Shown here: piece after piece, positions 15,743 to 22,652 of the stretch
How positions within the stretch are numbered: the first letter of the stretch is position 1
How the letters are laid out: each line of letters begins with the position of its first letter
DNA from: Dehalococcoidia bacterium
GTDB taxonomy: Bacteria > Chloroflexota > Dehalococcoidia > Lucifugimonadales > UBA2985
Direction of reading: 5' to 3'
Assembly: GCA_034421435.1 (NCBI GenBank)
Contig: DAOUKJ010000027.1
Span: 7,298 to 71,297 of the forward strand
Length of the DNA stretch: 64,000 nt
Position numbers and translations under genes: made by a program
Notes under the pieces: model-generated
The model's input: the letters and a program-made list of their open reading frames with translations, nothing else
The model's database searches: none
Told to the model about the DNA's origin: nothing

Positions 15743-15753
15743 ATTCTAGCACA
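15743..15753 (-). promoter_or_regulatory. extended -10 promoter upstream of the xer gene
   Basis: The minus strand reads CCTGTGCTAGAAT, identical over 13 nt to the uvrC promoter motif. Confidence 0.4.
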
Positions 15754-15795
15754 GGCGCACGTCCCATGCAGGGCGCAGGCAGCAGCCGACTCTCC

Positions 15796-15824
15796 TTGAC
15801 ACGAATTTAGGCCACAGTTAGAAT
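15796..15824 (+). promoter_or_regulatory. sigma70-like promoter of lgt
   Basis: TTGACA (15796-15801), 17-nt spacer, TAGAAT (15819-15824), 33 nt upstream of ATG 15858. Confidence 0.6.
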
Positions 15825-15857
15825 CTCGCCTAGCCGTCAAGGGAGCAGCGCACACCC

Positions 15858-16688
15858 ATGATTGAGATACCTTTCAACCCGACCATGTTCGTGCTGGGCG
15901 GACTCGCATTCACCTGGCACGGATTTTTTGCTTTTGTGGGCGTTGTGGCGGCGGTGTTCCTGGTAGGCCGTTGGGCGCCACGCGTCGGCATCGACAGCGA
16001 CGTGGTCTACGCGGTGGCCGTGTGGGCCATCATCGGCGGCGTTCTGGGAGCGCGCATTGTGCACGTCATCGACCGGTGGGACGTGTACAGCAGCAACCCG
16101 ATCAACGTCATTGCGATCTGGAAGGGCGGCATCGCACTCTTCGGCGCAATCATCGGAGGCTTCTTCGCGGGAGCTCTGTACGCGAAGCTGCGGGGCTACC
16201 CGATCGGCAGGCTGGCCGACCTGACCGCGCCGGCGCTGCTCATCGCGCAGTCCATCGGCCGCATCGGCGACATCATCAACGGGGAGCACGTGAGCAAGGC
16301 GACCGATGCGTGGTACGGGTTCATCTACTCCCATCCGAGCAGCCTGTCCAATCAGATCCACGGAGACCTCGCGTCGCACCCCGTGGTCGTATACGAGATT
16401 GTGTGGAACATGGCGGTGCTGGCGCTCATCTGGTACATGTGGGGCCGGATCAAGCCGGACGGGATGCTGTTCGCCATGTACATCAGCCTCTACTCCTTCG
16501 GGAGGTTCTTCATCACGTTCCTCCGCGAGGACAAGATCTGGTTTGCCGGACTGCAGGAGGCGCACCTGATCTCGATCCTGGTGATGGTCATTGCCGTGCC
16601 TCTGCTGGTGTATCGCTTCCGGCTGGTCGCACGCGGCGAGGAGACGGGGCCTCACGTTTCCCTCCAAGAGGGTAAGGCCCGCAAGTAG
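15858..16688 (+). CDS. lgt: prolipoprotein diacylglyceryl transferase
   Basis: 276 aa polytopic membrane protein with WHGFFAFVG, IWKGGIALFGAIIGG and SIGRIGDIINGEH, typical of Lgt. Confidence 0.9.
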   Translation: MIEIPFNPTMFVLGGLAFTWHGFFAFVGVVAAVFLVGRWAPRVGIDSDVVYAVAVWAIIGGVLGARIVHVIDRWDVYSSNPINVIAIWKGGIALFGAIIGGFFAGALYAKLRGYPIGRLADLTAPALLIAQSIGRIGDIINGEHVSKATDAWYGFIYSHPSSLSNQIHGDLASHPVVVYEIVWNMAVLALIWYMWGRIKPDGMLFAMYISLYSFGRFFITFLREDKIWFAGLQEAHLISILVMVIAVPLLVYRFRLVARGEETGPHVSLQEGKARK

Positions 16689-16727
16689 GGGGCTAGCGGC
16701 GAATCTCGCGCGTCCCGCCTGTCTCCA

Positions 16728-16816
16728 GTCCGCTCATCCTGAGCGCAGTCGAAGGGCATGAGCGGACGGCACTTGATGCCCGCTCGACTGGTTCGACAGG
16801 CTCACCACGAGCGGGC
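16728..16816 (+). repeat. REP-like composite element, type A
   Basis: Two hairpin modules: gtccgctcat..cctgagcgcagtcgaagggc..atgagcggac and gcccgctcg..actggttcgacaggctcacca..cgagcgggc. Confidence 0.75.
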
Positions 16817-16830
16817 TTTGGGGCAGCGGG

Positions 16831-18579
16831 CTATCGCTGCGACGGGCGAAAGTCGTGGACGACGAGGCGCATGGCCTCCTTCCCGTTCCACCTGTCCAGC
16901 CCAAGGCTGTAAACCACGTCGATCAGCTCAGTCCCATCCTGCCACGCCTCGCCCAGACCGAACCCGATTGCGCTCCACACGGCGCCCTCGTGCTTGAGCC
17001 GCATGCGCAGGTGCTGCCCGCCGTTCCCGATTCGAGAGGCGTCCAGCACGCTCGCGCCCTTTGTGATGAACACTGGCGCGGGGTTGCCCTCGCCGAACGG
17101 CGCCAGCTCCTCCAGGAACTGCAGCGTCTCAAAGTTGAGCGTGGACAGCCGCACGTGTGCGTCGATGTGGATGCTCGGCTGCAGCGGCAGGTGCCCGAGC
17201 TCACGCTGCGCGATCTCGGTGAGGCGCGAGCGCACCGCCGGCAGCAAGTCAGTCTGCGCGACGAACCCCGCGGCCATGGGGTGGCCTCCGTGTCGCACGA
17301 ACAGGTCGCTGCACTCCTCCAGCGCCGCCGCAAGGTTGAACTCCGGGATGCTTCGCGCGCTGGCGCGCGCAAGGTCGCCCTCGATTGCAACGACCACGGC
17401 AGGTCGGTACCGCTCTTCGGACAGTCGGCTGGCCAGCAGCCCAACGATGCCCGCAGCGTACTCGTCGCTCCACAGCATCACCAACGGCTCCGACTCAGGC
17501 ACGTCCTCCACCTGCACCTTGAGGTGGTCGATGGACCTGCTCATCATCTCCTGCCTCTCCCGGTTGAGTCGCTGAAGCTGCTCCGCAAGGGGCATTGCTT
17601 CCTCTTTTGAGCCGGCCCGCAGCATGTCGTAGGCCATGATGGCGTGACCGAGCCTGCCAGGCGAATTCAGCCGTGGCCCCAGCACGAACGAGATCGCATC
17701 CGTGTCGACGGGTGAGCCGTCCATGCCGCCGACGCGTAGAAGCTCACGCAGCCCGTGCTTGGGATCTGCGGTCATCGAGCGCATGCCCGCAGCCACGATA
17801 TACCGGTTCTCGCCGACCAGGGGCGCGACATCGGTCACCGTGCCGATGGCCGCAAGCTGCAGGAGCTGCTCGTCCCAGGGAACGTCCAGGCTGTTGCAGA
17901 GGCCCTGTACCAGCTTGAATGCCAGGCCCACGCCTGCCAGTCCGGGGCTGGGATACACGGAACCGTCCAGCCTTGGGTTCACTATGGCCACAGCCGCAGG
18001 CAACAGCGGAGGAGGAGTGTGGTGGTCGGTGATGACGGTATCGATGCCCAGAGATGCGGCCTCCGCAACCTCGGGGAATGACGCCACGCCGCAGTCCACG
18101 GTCACGATGACCGAAGCACCCTGCTCGTGGAGAGCGTGAACGGCCCCCGAGCTCAGACCGTGGCCTTCTGACACCCTGTGCGGGAGGTACGGAATCACCC
18201 TTGCTCCGAGCTGCTCCAGACCCTCTGCGAGCAGGGCCGTGCCCGTTACGCCGTCGGCGTCGAAGTCTCCGAACACGCCGATTGACTCGCCGGCGTCCAT
18301 TGCGGCGCGGATGCGGGCCACGGCGCGATCCATGCCGGGCAGCAGCCCAGGATCCTCGAGCAGCCGCTCGTCTCGCGCCAGAAACGCCTCAGCGGCTTCG
18401 ATGTCGCGTATGCCGCGGTTGTGCAGCAGCTGCGCGGCCAGCGGCGAGAACGGCTCCATGCTGCGTATGGCCTCGTCCGAGATGCGGCTGGCAACGCTCC
18501 AGGCCATGGAGGAGGACAGGGCATTGCTGCCCTCGCTTTCGTCGCTGTGAGAGCCGGACAGGCGGCTCAATAGCCCCAT
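16831..18579 (-). CDS. recJ: single-stranded-DNA-specific exonuclease RecJ
   Basis: DFDADGVTG, VTVDCG and VITDHH (DHH) motifs. 582 aa. The start is uncertain, because the ORF-track start overlaps the upstream small gene by 13 nt. Confidence 0.92.
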   Translation of the reverse strand: MGLLSRLSGSHSDESEGSNALSSSMAWSVASRISDEAIRSMEPFSPLAAQLLHNRGIRDIEAAEAFLARDERLLEDPGLLPGMDRAVARIRAAMDAGESIGVFGDFDADGVTGTALLAEGLEQLGARVIPYLPHRVSEGHGLSSGAVHALHEQGASVIVTVDCGVASFPEVAEAASLGIDTVITDHHTPPPLLPAAVAIVNPRLDGSVYPSPGLAGVGLAFKLVQGLCNSLDVPWDEQLLQLAAIGTVTDVAPLVGENRYIVAAGMRSMTADPKHGLRELLRVGGMDGSPVDTDAISFVLGPRLNSPGRLGHAIMAYDMLRAGSKEEAMPLAEQLQRLNRERQEMMSRSIDHLKVQVEDVPESEPLVMLWSDEYAAGIVGLLASRLSEERYRPAVVVAIEGDLARASARSIPEFNLAAALEECSDLFVRHGGHPMAAGFVAQTDLLPAVRSRLTEIAQRELGHLPLQPSIHIDAHVRLSTLNFETLQFLEELAPFGEGNPAPVFITKGASVLDASRIGNGGQHLRMRLKHEGAVWSAIGFGLGEAWQDGTELIDVVYSLGLDRWNGKEAMRLVVHDFRPSQR

Positions 18580-18827
18580 CCGTAGTAGTCCTCACCCAGT
18601 TCGTCTACCAGCCCGTCCAGCCCCAGTTCAACGCCGCAGGCCGGGCACAGACAGTTGCGAGGGATGCCGCGGCCCAGAGCCTCGGCGCGACCGCAGGCCA
18701 GACAGACGGGCTTCTGGCACTTCCGGCAGCCCACCTTCATGCTCTGAAAGCTGTCCAGCGCAGTCAGGTCGTCGATGGTGCGGCGCTTCTCAAGCGCCAT
18801 GTCGCAAAATGCGCACATCTCCGTCAT
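18567..18827 (-). CDS. small Cys-rich (double zinc-ribbon-like) protein
   Basis: 86 aa with CxxC at residues 5-8, 34-37, 41-44 and 61-64, plus an acidic/aromatic tail DELGEDYYGWGY. GAGAGG RBS 6 nt upstream of the ATG. Third codon positions are high in GC. Confidence 0.55.
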   Translation of the reverse strand: MTEMCAFCDMALEKRRTIDDLTALDSFQSMKVGCRKCQKPVCLACGRAEALGRGIPRNCLCPACGVELGLDGLVDELGEDYYGWGY

Positions 18828-18881
18828 GCAAAACCTCTCAACGGCGGCGTATGCCGGACTTGGGTGCAGTCCGGCTGGCGA

Positions 18882-20126
18882 CTAATCGGACGCGAAGCTC
18901 TTGAAGGCCAGGCAGGTGTTGTGGCCTCCGAATCCCAGCGACGTGGATATCGCGGCAGACACCGGGACTGACCGAGAGGCGTTCGGCGTGTAGTCCAGGT
19001 CGCAGTCGGGGTCCGGGTTGTCCAGGTTGATTGTGGGCGGAATGGCATCGCGGGAAACCGCCATGACGCAGATGGCCGCTTCCAGCGCGCCGGCAGCGCC
19101 CAGCAGGTGGCCGGTCATGGACTTGGTGGAGCTAACAGGTGTCGAGTATGCCTCGTCGCCCAGGACGGATTTGATCGCCATAGTCTCGAACTTGTCGTTC
19201 ATGGGAGTTGAGGTGCCGTGGGCGTTGACGTAGTCGACGTCGGCGGGCGTGAGTCCGGCCCTCGTGATCGCGAGCTGCATGGCTCTGGCGCCGCCTTCAC
19301 CGCCGGGCGAGGGCTGTGTGATGTGGTGCGCGTCGGCAGTCGCGCCGTGACCGGCGAGCTCAGCGAGGGGAGTAGCGCCGCGTGCCAGCGCATGCTCCAG
19401 GCTCTCGAGCACAAGTATGCCGCCTCCTTCGCCCATGACGAATCCGTCGCGCATGGCGTCGAACGGGCGCGACGCCTTCTGCGGCTCCTCATTGCTGCGC
19501 GAGAGCGCATGGCAAGCGTTGAAGCCCGCAATGCCGATGGGGCAGATGGCGGCCTCGCTGCCTCCTGTGATCGCCACGTCAATCTGGCCGCCGCGTATCA
19601 GCTGCGAGGCCTCCGCGATGGTGTCTGCGCCTGTGGAGCAGGAGGAGATCGCGCTGAAGTTCGGGCCTTTCGCGCCCATGAGCATGGACACCCTGCCGGA
19701 GGCCATGTCGCCCAGCATCATGGGGATGAGGAACGGGTTGACCTTTGACGGGCCTCGCTCCATCATCACCTGAAACTCCTGCGAAAGGGTCTGTATCCCG
19801 CCGATGCCGCTGCCAATCATGACCGATACGCGCTCCGCGTCCTCGGCGGCGAGGTCAAGCCCGGCAGACGCCACCGCCTCCTGCGCGGCCACGGCGGCGA
19901 ACTGCACGAAGCGGTCCATCCTGCGGGCCTCCTTGCGGTCAAGGTAGTCCGAGGGTTCGAAGCCCTTGACCTCCGCCGCAATCTTGGTCTCAAACGGCTC
20001 CGGATCGAAGCTGCTGATATAGTCCACGCCGGACTTGCCTTCCAGGAGAGCGCTCCACGTGGTCTCTGCGCTGAGTCCTAGGGGAGTGACCATGCCGATG
20101 CCGGTGACTACAACTCTTGTACCCAA
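18882..20126 (-). CDS. fabF: beta-ketoacyl-ACP synthase II
   Basis: Active-site SAISSCSTGAD, HGTSTPMNDK and KSMTGHLLGAAG. I prefer TTG 20126 (MGTRVVVTGIG, 415 aa). The GTG at 20198 abuts the predicted -10 box. Confidence 0.9.
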   Translation of the reverse strand: MGTRVVVTGIGMVTPLGLSAETTWSALLEGKSGVDYISSFDPEPFETKIAAEVKGFEPSDYLDRKEARRMDRFVQFAAVAAQEAVASAGLDLAAEDAERVSVMIGSGIGGIQTLSQEFQVMMERGPSKVNPFLIPMMLGDMASGRVSMLMGAKGPNFSAISSCSTGADTIAEASQLIRGGQIDVAITGGSEAAICPIGIAGFNACHALSRSNEEPQKASRPFDAMRDGFVMGEGGGILVLESLEHALARGATPLAELAGHGATADAHHITQPSPGGEGGARAMQLAITRAGLTPADVDYVNAHGTSTPMNDKFETMAIKSVLGDEAYSTPVSSTKSMTGHLLGAAGALEAAICVMAVSRDAIPPTINLDNPDPDCDLDYTPNASRSVPVSAAISTSLGFGGHNTCLAFKSFASD

Positions 20127-20198
20127 GGCTCTGTTTCCTTTCGAGTATTCGTGTTTGCCCGTCAATGCGGCTGCCGCGGCACTGCGAATATCCGCCAC

Positions 20199-20207
20199 AT
20201 TCTATCA
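20199..20207 (-). promoter_or_regulatory. extended -10 promoter of fabF
   Basis: The minus strand reads TGATAGAAT immediately upstream of the ORF-track GTG. Confidence 0.4.
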
Positions 20208-20274
20208 GAACGCGCCGAATGGTTGTAAAGCGCATCCCATGGCGAGCGCAGGCGATTCGGCGCGCGAGGGCCCG

Positions 20275-20283
20275 TGCTATAAT
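20275..20283 (+). promoter_or_regulatory. extended -10 promoter of cca
   Basis: TGCTATAAT at 20275-20283, about 40 nt upstream of the TTG start. AGGAAGGAG RBS. Confidence 0.5.
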
Positions 20284-20323
20284 CGCGCAACCCCGCAATC
20301 GGCTCGCATTTAGGAAGGAGCGC

Positions 20324-21592
20324 TTGGATTTTCGCAAGCTGATGGAGAACGGCCTGCCGCAGGAGCGGCTGGCCCTCATCGATATGGCGGCTGGTATCGC
20401 CGCCGATGAAGGCACGCCTCTGTATCTCGTCGGCGGCGCGGTCCGAGACCTGCTGCTGGGCAGGCCCACGGAGGATCTGGACCTGGTCGTCGAGGGCGAT
20501 GCAGAGACGCTCGCGGCCGTCATCGCAAAGCGCATGTCCGGCGACGTGGTGTCGCGCTCGCAGTTCGCCACCGTGAAGCTCAAGGTGTGGGGCAGCACGC
20601 TCGACTTGAGCACGGCTCGCAACGAGTGGTATGCGAGGCCGGGCGCGCTGCCGCAGATTGCGCACGGCACGATGAGCGAGGACCTGGCTCGCCGTGACTT
20701 CTCGATCAACGCGATGGCGTATCCGCTGCACCTTGGCCGCGGAGCAGAACTGCTGGACCCGCACGGCGGGCTCGACGACCTGCGGCGCGGCCTCGTGCGC
20801 ACACTCCACGACGGCAGCTTCACTGACGACGCTACGCGCATCATGCGCGCCGTACGCTACGAGCAGCGCCTGGGTTTCGCGCTGGAGCAGCAGACCAACT
20901 CGCTGCTCAGGCGCAACCTGCCGATGCTAGACACCATCAGCGGCGACAGGCTGCGCAGGGAAGTGCAGTTGTGGTTCGAGGAGGAGCCGCGCCTGAACAT
21001 CTTGGCCAGAGCCGACTCGCTCGGCGTGATGGCTGCCATCCACACGGCGCTGGCCGGCGCAGGCGCGTCGGCAAGACAAGCGGCGGTCGGCGGTGCAGGG
21101 CACACGTCCGACGCGAAGGTCTGCCTGGCGCTGCTGGTGCTGTCGTTGAGCCGCACAGACGGGGAGGCGATCATTCACCGGCTGAGGATGCCTCCCGGGT
21201 GGGCCGCCGTGATCAGGGATACCGTTGAGCTGCGAGAACGGCTCTCCGGGCTTGCTGAGGCAGCGGAATCGAATTCTAGACTGTACGAGTACCTGTCGCC
21301 CTTCGATGACGCTGCCGTGCGGGCGTGGACGCTCGCCGCGTCCGACGAGGGGACGCGAGAGGCGCTTGCGCTGTACCTGGACAAGCTGCGCCACGTCAGG
21401 CCGGCGCTCAACGGCCGAGACCTGATGGCGCTGGGCGTGCCGCAGGGTCCGGCAGTCGGCGCGATGCTGGCGCGGCTGCGGGCCGCGAGGCTGGAGGGCG
21501 CAGCGGAGGGACGCGCGCAGGAGACTGAGCTTGTGCGCGCGTGGCTTGCCGAGGATGCGCGCCGCTCTCCTGGTTCGACAGGCTCACCATGA
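20324..21592 (+). CDS. cca: CCA tRNA nucleotidyltransferase / poly(A) polymerase family protein
   Basis: LVGGAVRDLLLGRPTEDLDLVV and RRDFSINAMA motifs. Start placed at TTG 20324 (GGAGG upstream); ATG 20342 is an alternative. The last 8 codons and the stop lie in a REP-like element. Confidence 0.85.
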   Translation: MDFRKLMENGLPQERLALIDMAAGIAADEGTPLYLVGGAVRDLLLGRPTEDLDLVVEGDAETLAAVIAKRMSGDVVSRSQFATVKLKVWGSTLDLSTARNEWYARPGALPQIAHGTMSEDLARRDFSINAMAYPLHLGRGAELLDPHGGLDDLRRGLVRTLHDGSFTDDATRIMRAVRYEQRLGFALEQQTNSLLRRNLPMLDTISGDRLRREVQLWFEEEPRLNILARADSLGVMAAIHTALAGAGASARQAAVGGAGHTSDAKVCLALLVLSLSRTDGEAIIHRLRMPPGWAAVIRDTVELRERLSGLAEAAESNSRLYEYLSPFDDAAVRAWTLAASDEGTREALALYLDKLRHVRPALNGRDLMALGVPQGPAVGAMLARLRAARLEGAAEGRAQETELVRAWLAEDARRSPGSTGSP

Positions 21593-21645
21593 GCGGGGCT
21601 TATCCCGTCCGCTCATCCTGAGCGTGTCGAAGGACATGAGCGGAG
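21561..21645 (+). repeat. REP-like composite element, type A
   Basis: The modules gccgctc..tcctggttcgacaggctcaccat..gagcggggc and gtccgctcatcctgagcgtgtcgaaggacatgagcgg. Same modules as at 16728 but in swapped order. Confidence 0.75.
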
Positions 21646-21681
21646 CAGGGGGGCACGCCGCAACGGGTCGAGCGCCCGAAA

Positions 21682-21712
21682 CCGTCATTGCGGCGGAAGC
21701 CGCAACCCAGAG
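21682..21712. repeat. REP-like hairpin element, type B
   Basis: ccgtcattgcggcggaagccgcaacccagag. One mismatch relative to 13611-13640. Confidence 0.7.
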
Positions 21713-21718
21713 GGCGAA

Positions 21719-21763
21719 GTTCACCCCCATCTCAATCTTCCCCCATCAAGGGGGAAGACGTTT
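21719..21763 (+). repeat. REP-like hairpin element, type C
   Basis: gttcacccccatctcaatcttcccccatcaagggggaaga is identical over 40 nt to 40329-40368. The cttccccc/gggggaag stem lies between the convergent cca and ogg genes. Confidence 0.8.
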
Positions 21764-21776
21764 GGGATCCCTCACG

Positions 21777-22652
21777 TCAGGCGCCGCTGTCTGCCTCGTT
21801 TCCCATCAACCGCCGGAGCTGGAAGAGGTACTGGTTAGCGTATCCGGCCATGTCGCCCCACCGCTCCCACGACCACTCACGCACAGCCTTGTAGTTTAGC
21901 TTAGCTCCGCCCAGGTACCATTCCTCAACCGCTCGGCGTATCCAGCGGTCCACCGGAAACGCCTTGGGCTTGTCCAGCGACATGAGCAGCACACAGTCGG
22001 CGACCTTCTCACCCACGCCCGGCAGCGCGGTGAGGACGTCCTTGGCGTCTTCGTAGCTGAGGCGGCGCAGGGATGCGACGTCCAGCTCGCCGCCTGCGGC
22101 CAGCTCAGCGGCCCTTGCGACGTACTTGGCGCGGAAGCCGAGCCGTAGCTCCCGCAGCGCCTGCTCGCCCGCCTCCGCAAGCCGCCGAGGCGACGGGAAC
22201 GTGTAGCCAACGTGGTCGTCGAGCCGCAGCGGGTCTCCCATGCCCTTAGCCATCGACTTCATGTTGTCGGATATGCGTGGAATGCTGGAGTTGGCGGAGC
22301 AGATGAAGCCCACGAGGCACTCCCACGGGTCCTGCCTCAGAATGCGCATGCCGGTGTACGCCGCGATAGACCGCTTCAGGCGGTCGTCAGTGCCGATGCG
22401 TGCGTAGACGGCCTCCATGTCGTCGTCGATTCGCAGGTAGTCCCGCACGGCTGCGGCCGCGGCCTCCGGCTCCGACGCGGTGCGCACGTACAGCTCGTTG
22501 CCGTCCTGCCTGAGCGCGACGAGCCGGTCAGCGATAACCCCGTATCGCCAGTCGCCGTGCCTGTGCCAGCGAAACGCCTGCCCGCTCTCCAAGGAGGAGG
22601 CCAGGTCGAAGGGCTGCCGCAGCTCGATTGTCAGTGAGACTTGGCTATCCAT
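21777..22652 (-). CDS. ogg: 8-oxoguanine DNA glycosylase / DNA-(apurinic site) lyase (HhH-GPD family)
   Basis: 291 aa. LESGQAFRW N-terminal domain, an HhH (LTALPGVGEKVADCVLL) and a downstream Asp (PVDRW). Confidence 0.8.
   Translation of the reverse strand: MDSQVSLTIELRQPFDLASSLESGQAFRWHRHGDWRYGVIADRLVALRQDGNELYVRTASEPEAAAAAVRDYLRIDDDMEAVYARIGTDDRLKRSIAAYTGMRILRQDPWECLVGFICSANSSIPRISDNMKSMAKGMGDPLRLDDHVGYTFPSPRRLAEAGEQALRELRLGFRAKYVARAAELAAGGELDVASLRRLSYEDAKDVLTALPGVGEKVADCVLLMSLDKPKAFPVDRWIRRAVEEWYLGGAKLNYKAVREWSWERWGDMAGYANQYLFQLRRLMGNEADSGA

Noticed and set aside
14791-15744. The tyrosine recombinase as the integrase of a mobile element, given the small unknown genes next to it.
   Set aside because: The sequence looks like a chromosomal XerC/D-type recombinase. 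I see no flanking direct repeats, tRNA target, phage or plasmid genes, or compositional shift around it.
16785-16800. A T-loop-like GGTTCGA motif (also at 21572 and, reversed, at 5722) that might indicate tRNA genes.
   Set aside because: It is part of the repeated type A element. There is no acceptor-stem, D-arm or anticodon-arm complementarity around it.
20117-20342. ORF-track starts that make cca (20117) and fabF (20198) overlap head-to-head by about 80 nt.
   Set aside because: Both extensions lack family-typical N-termini and cover each other's predicted -10 boxes. Downstream starts with RBS (TTG 20324 and TTG 20126) give canonical lengths and N-termini.
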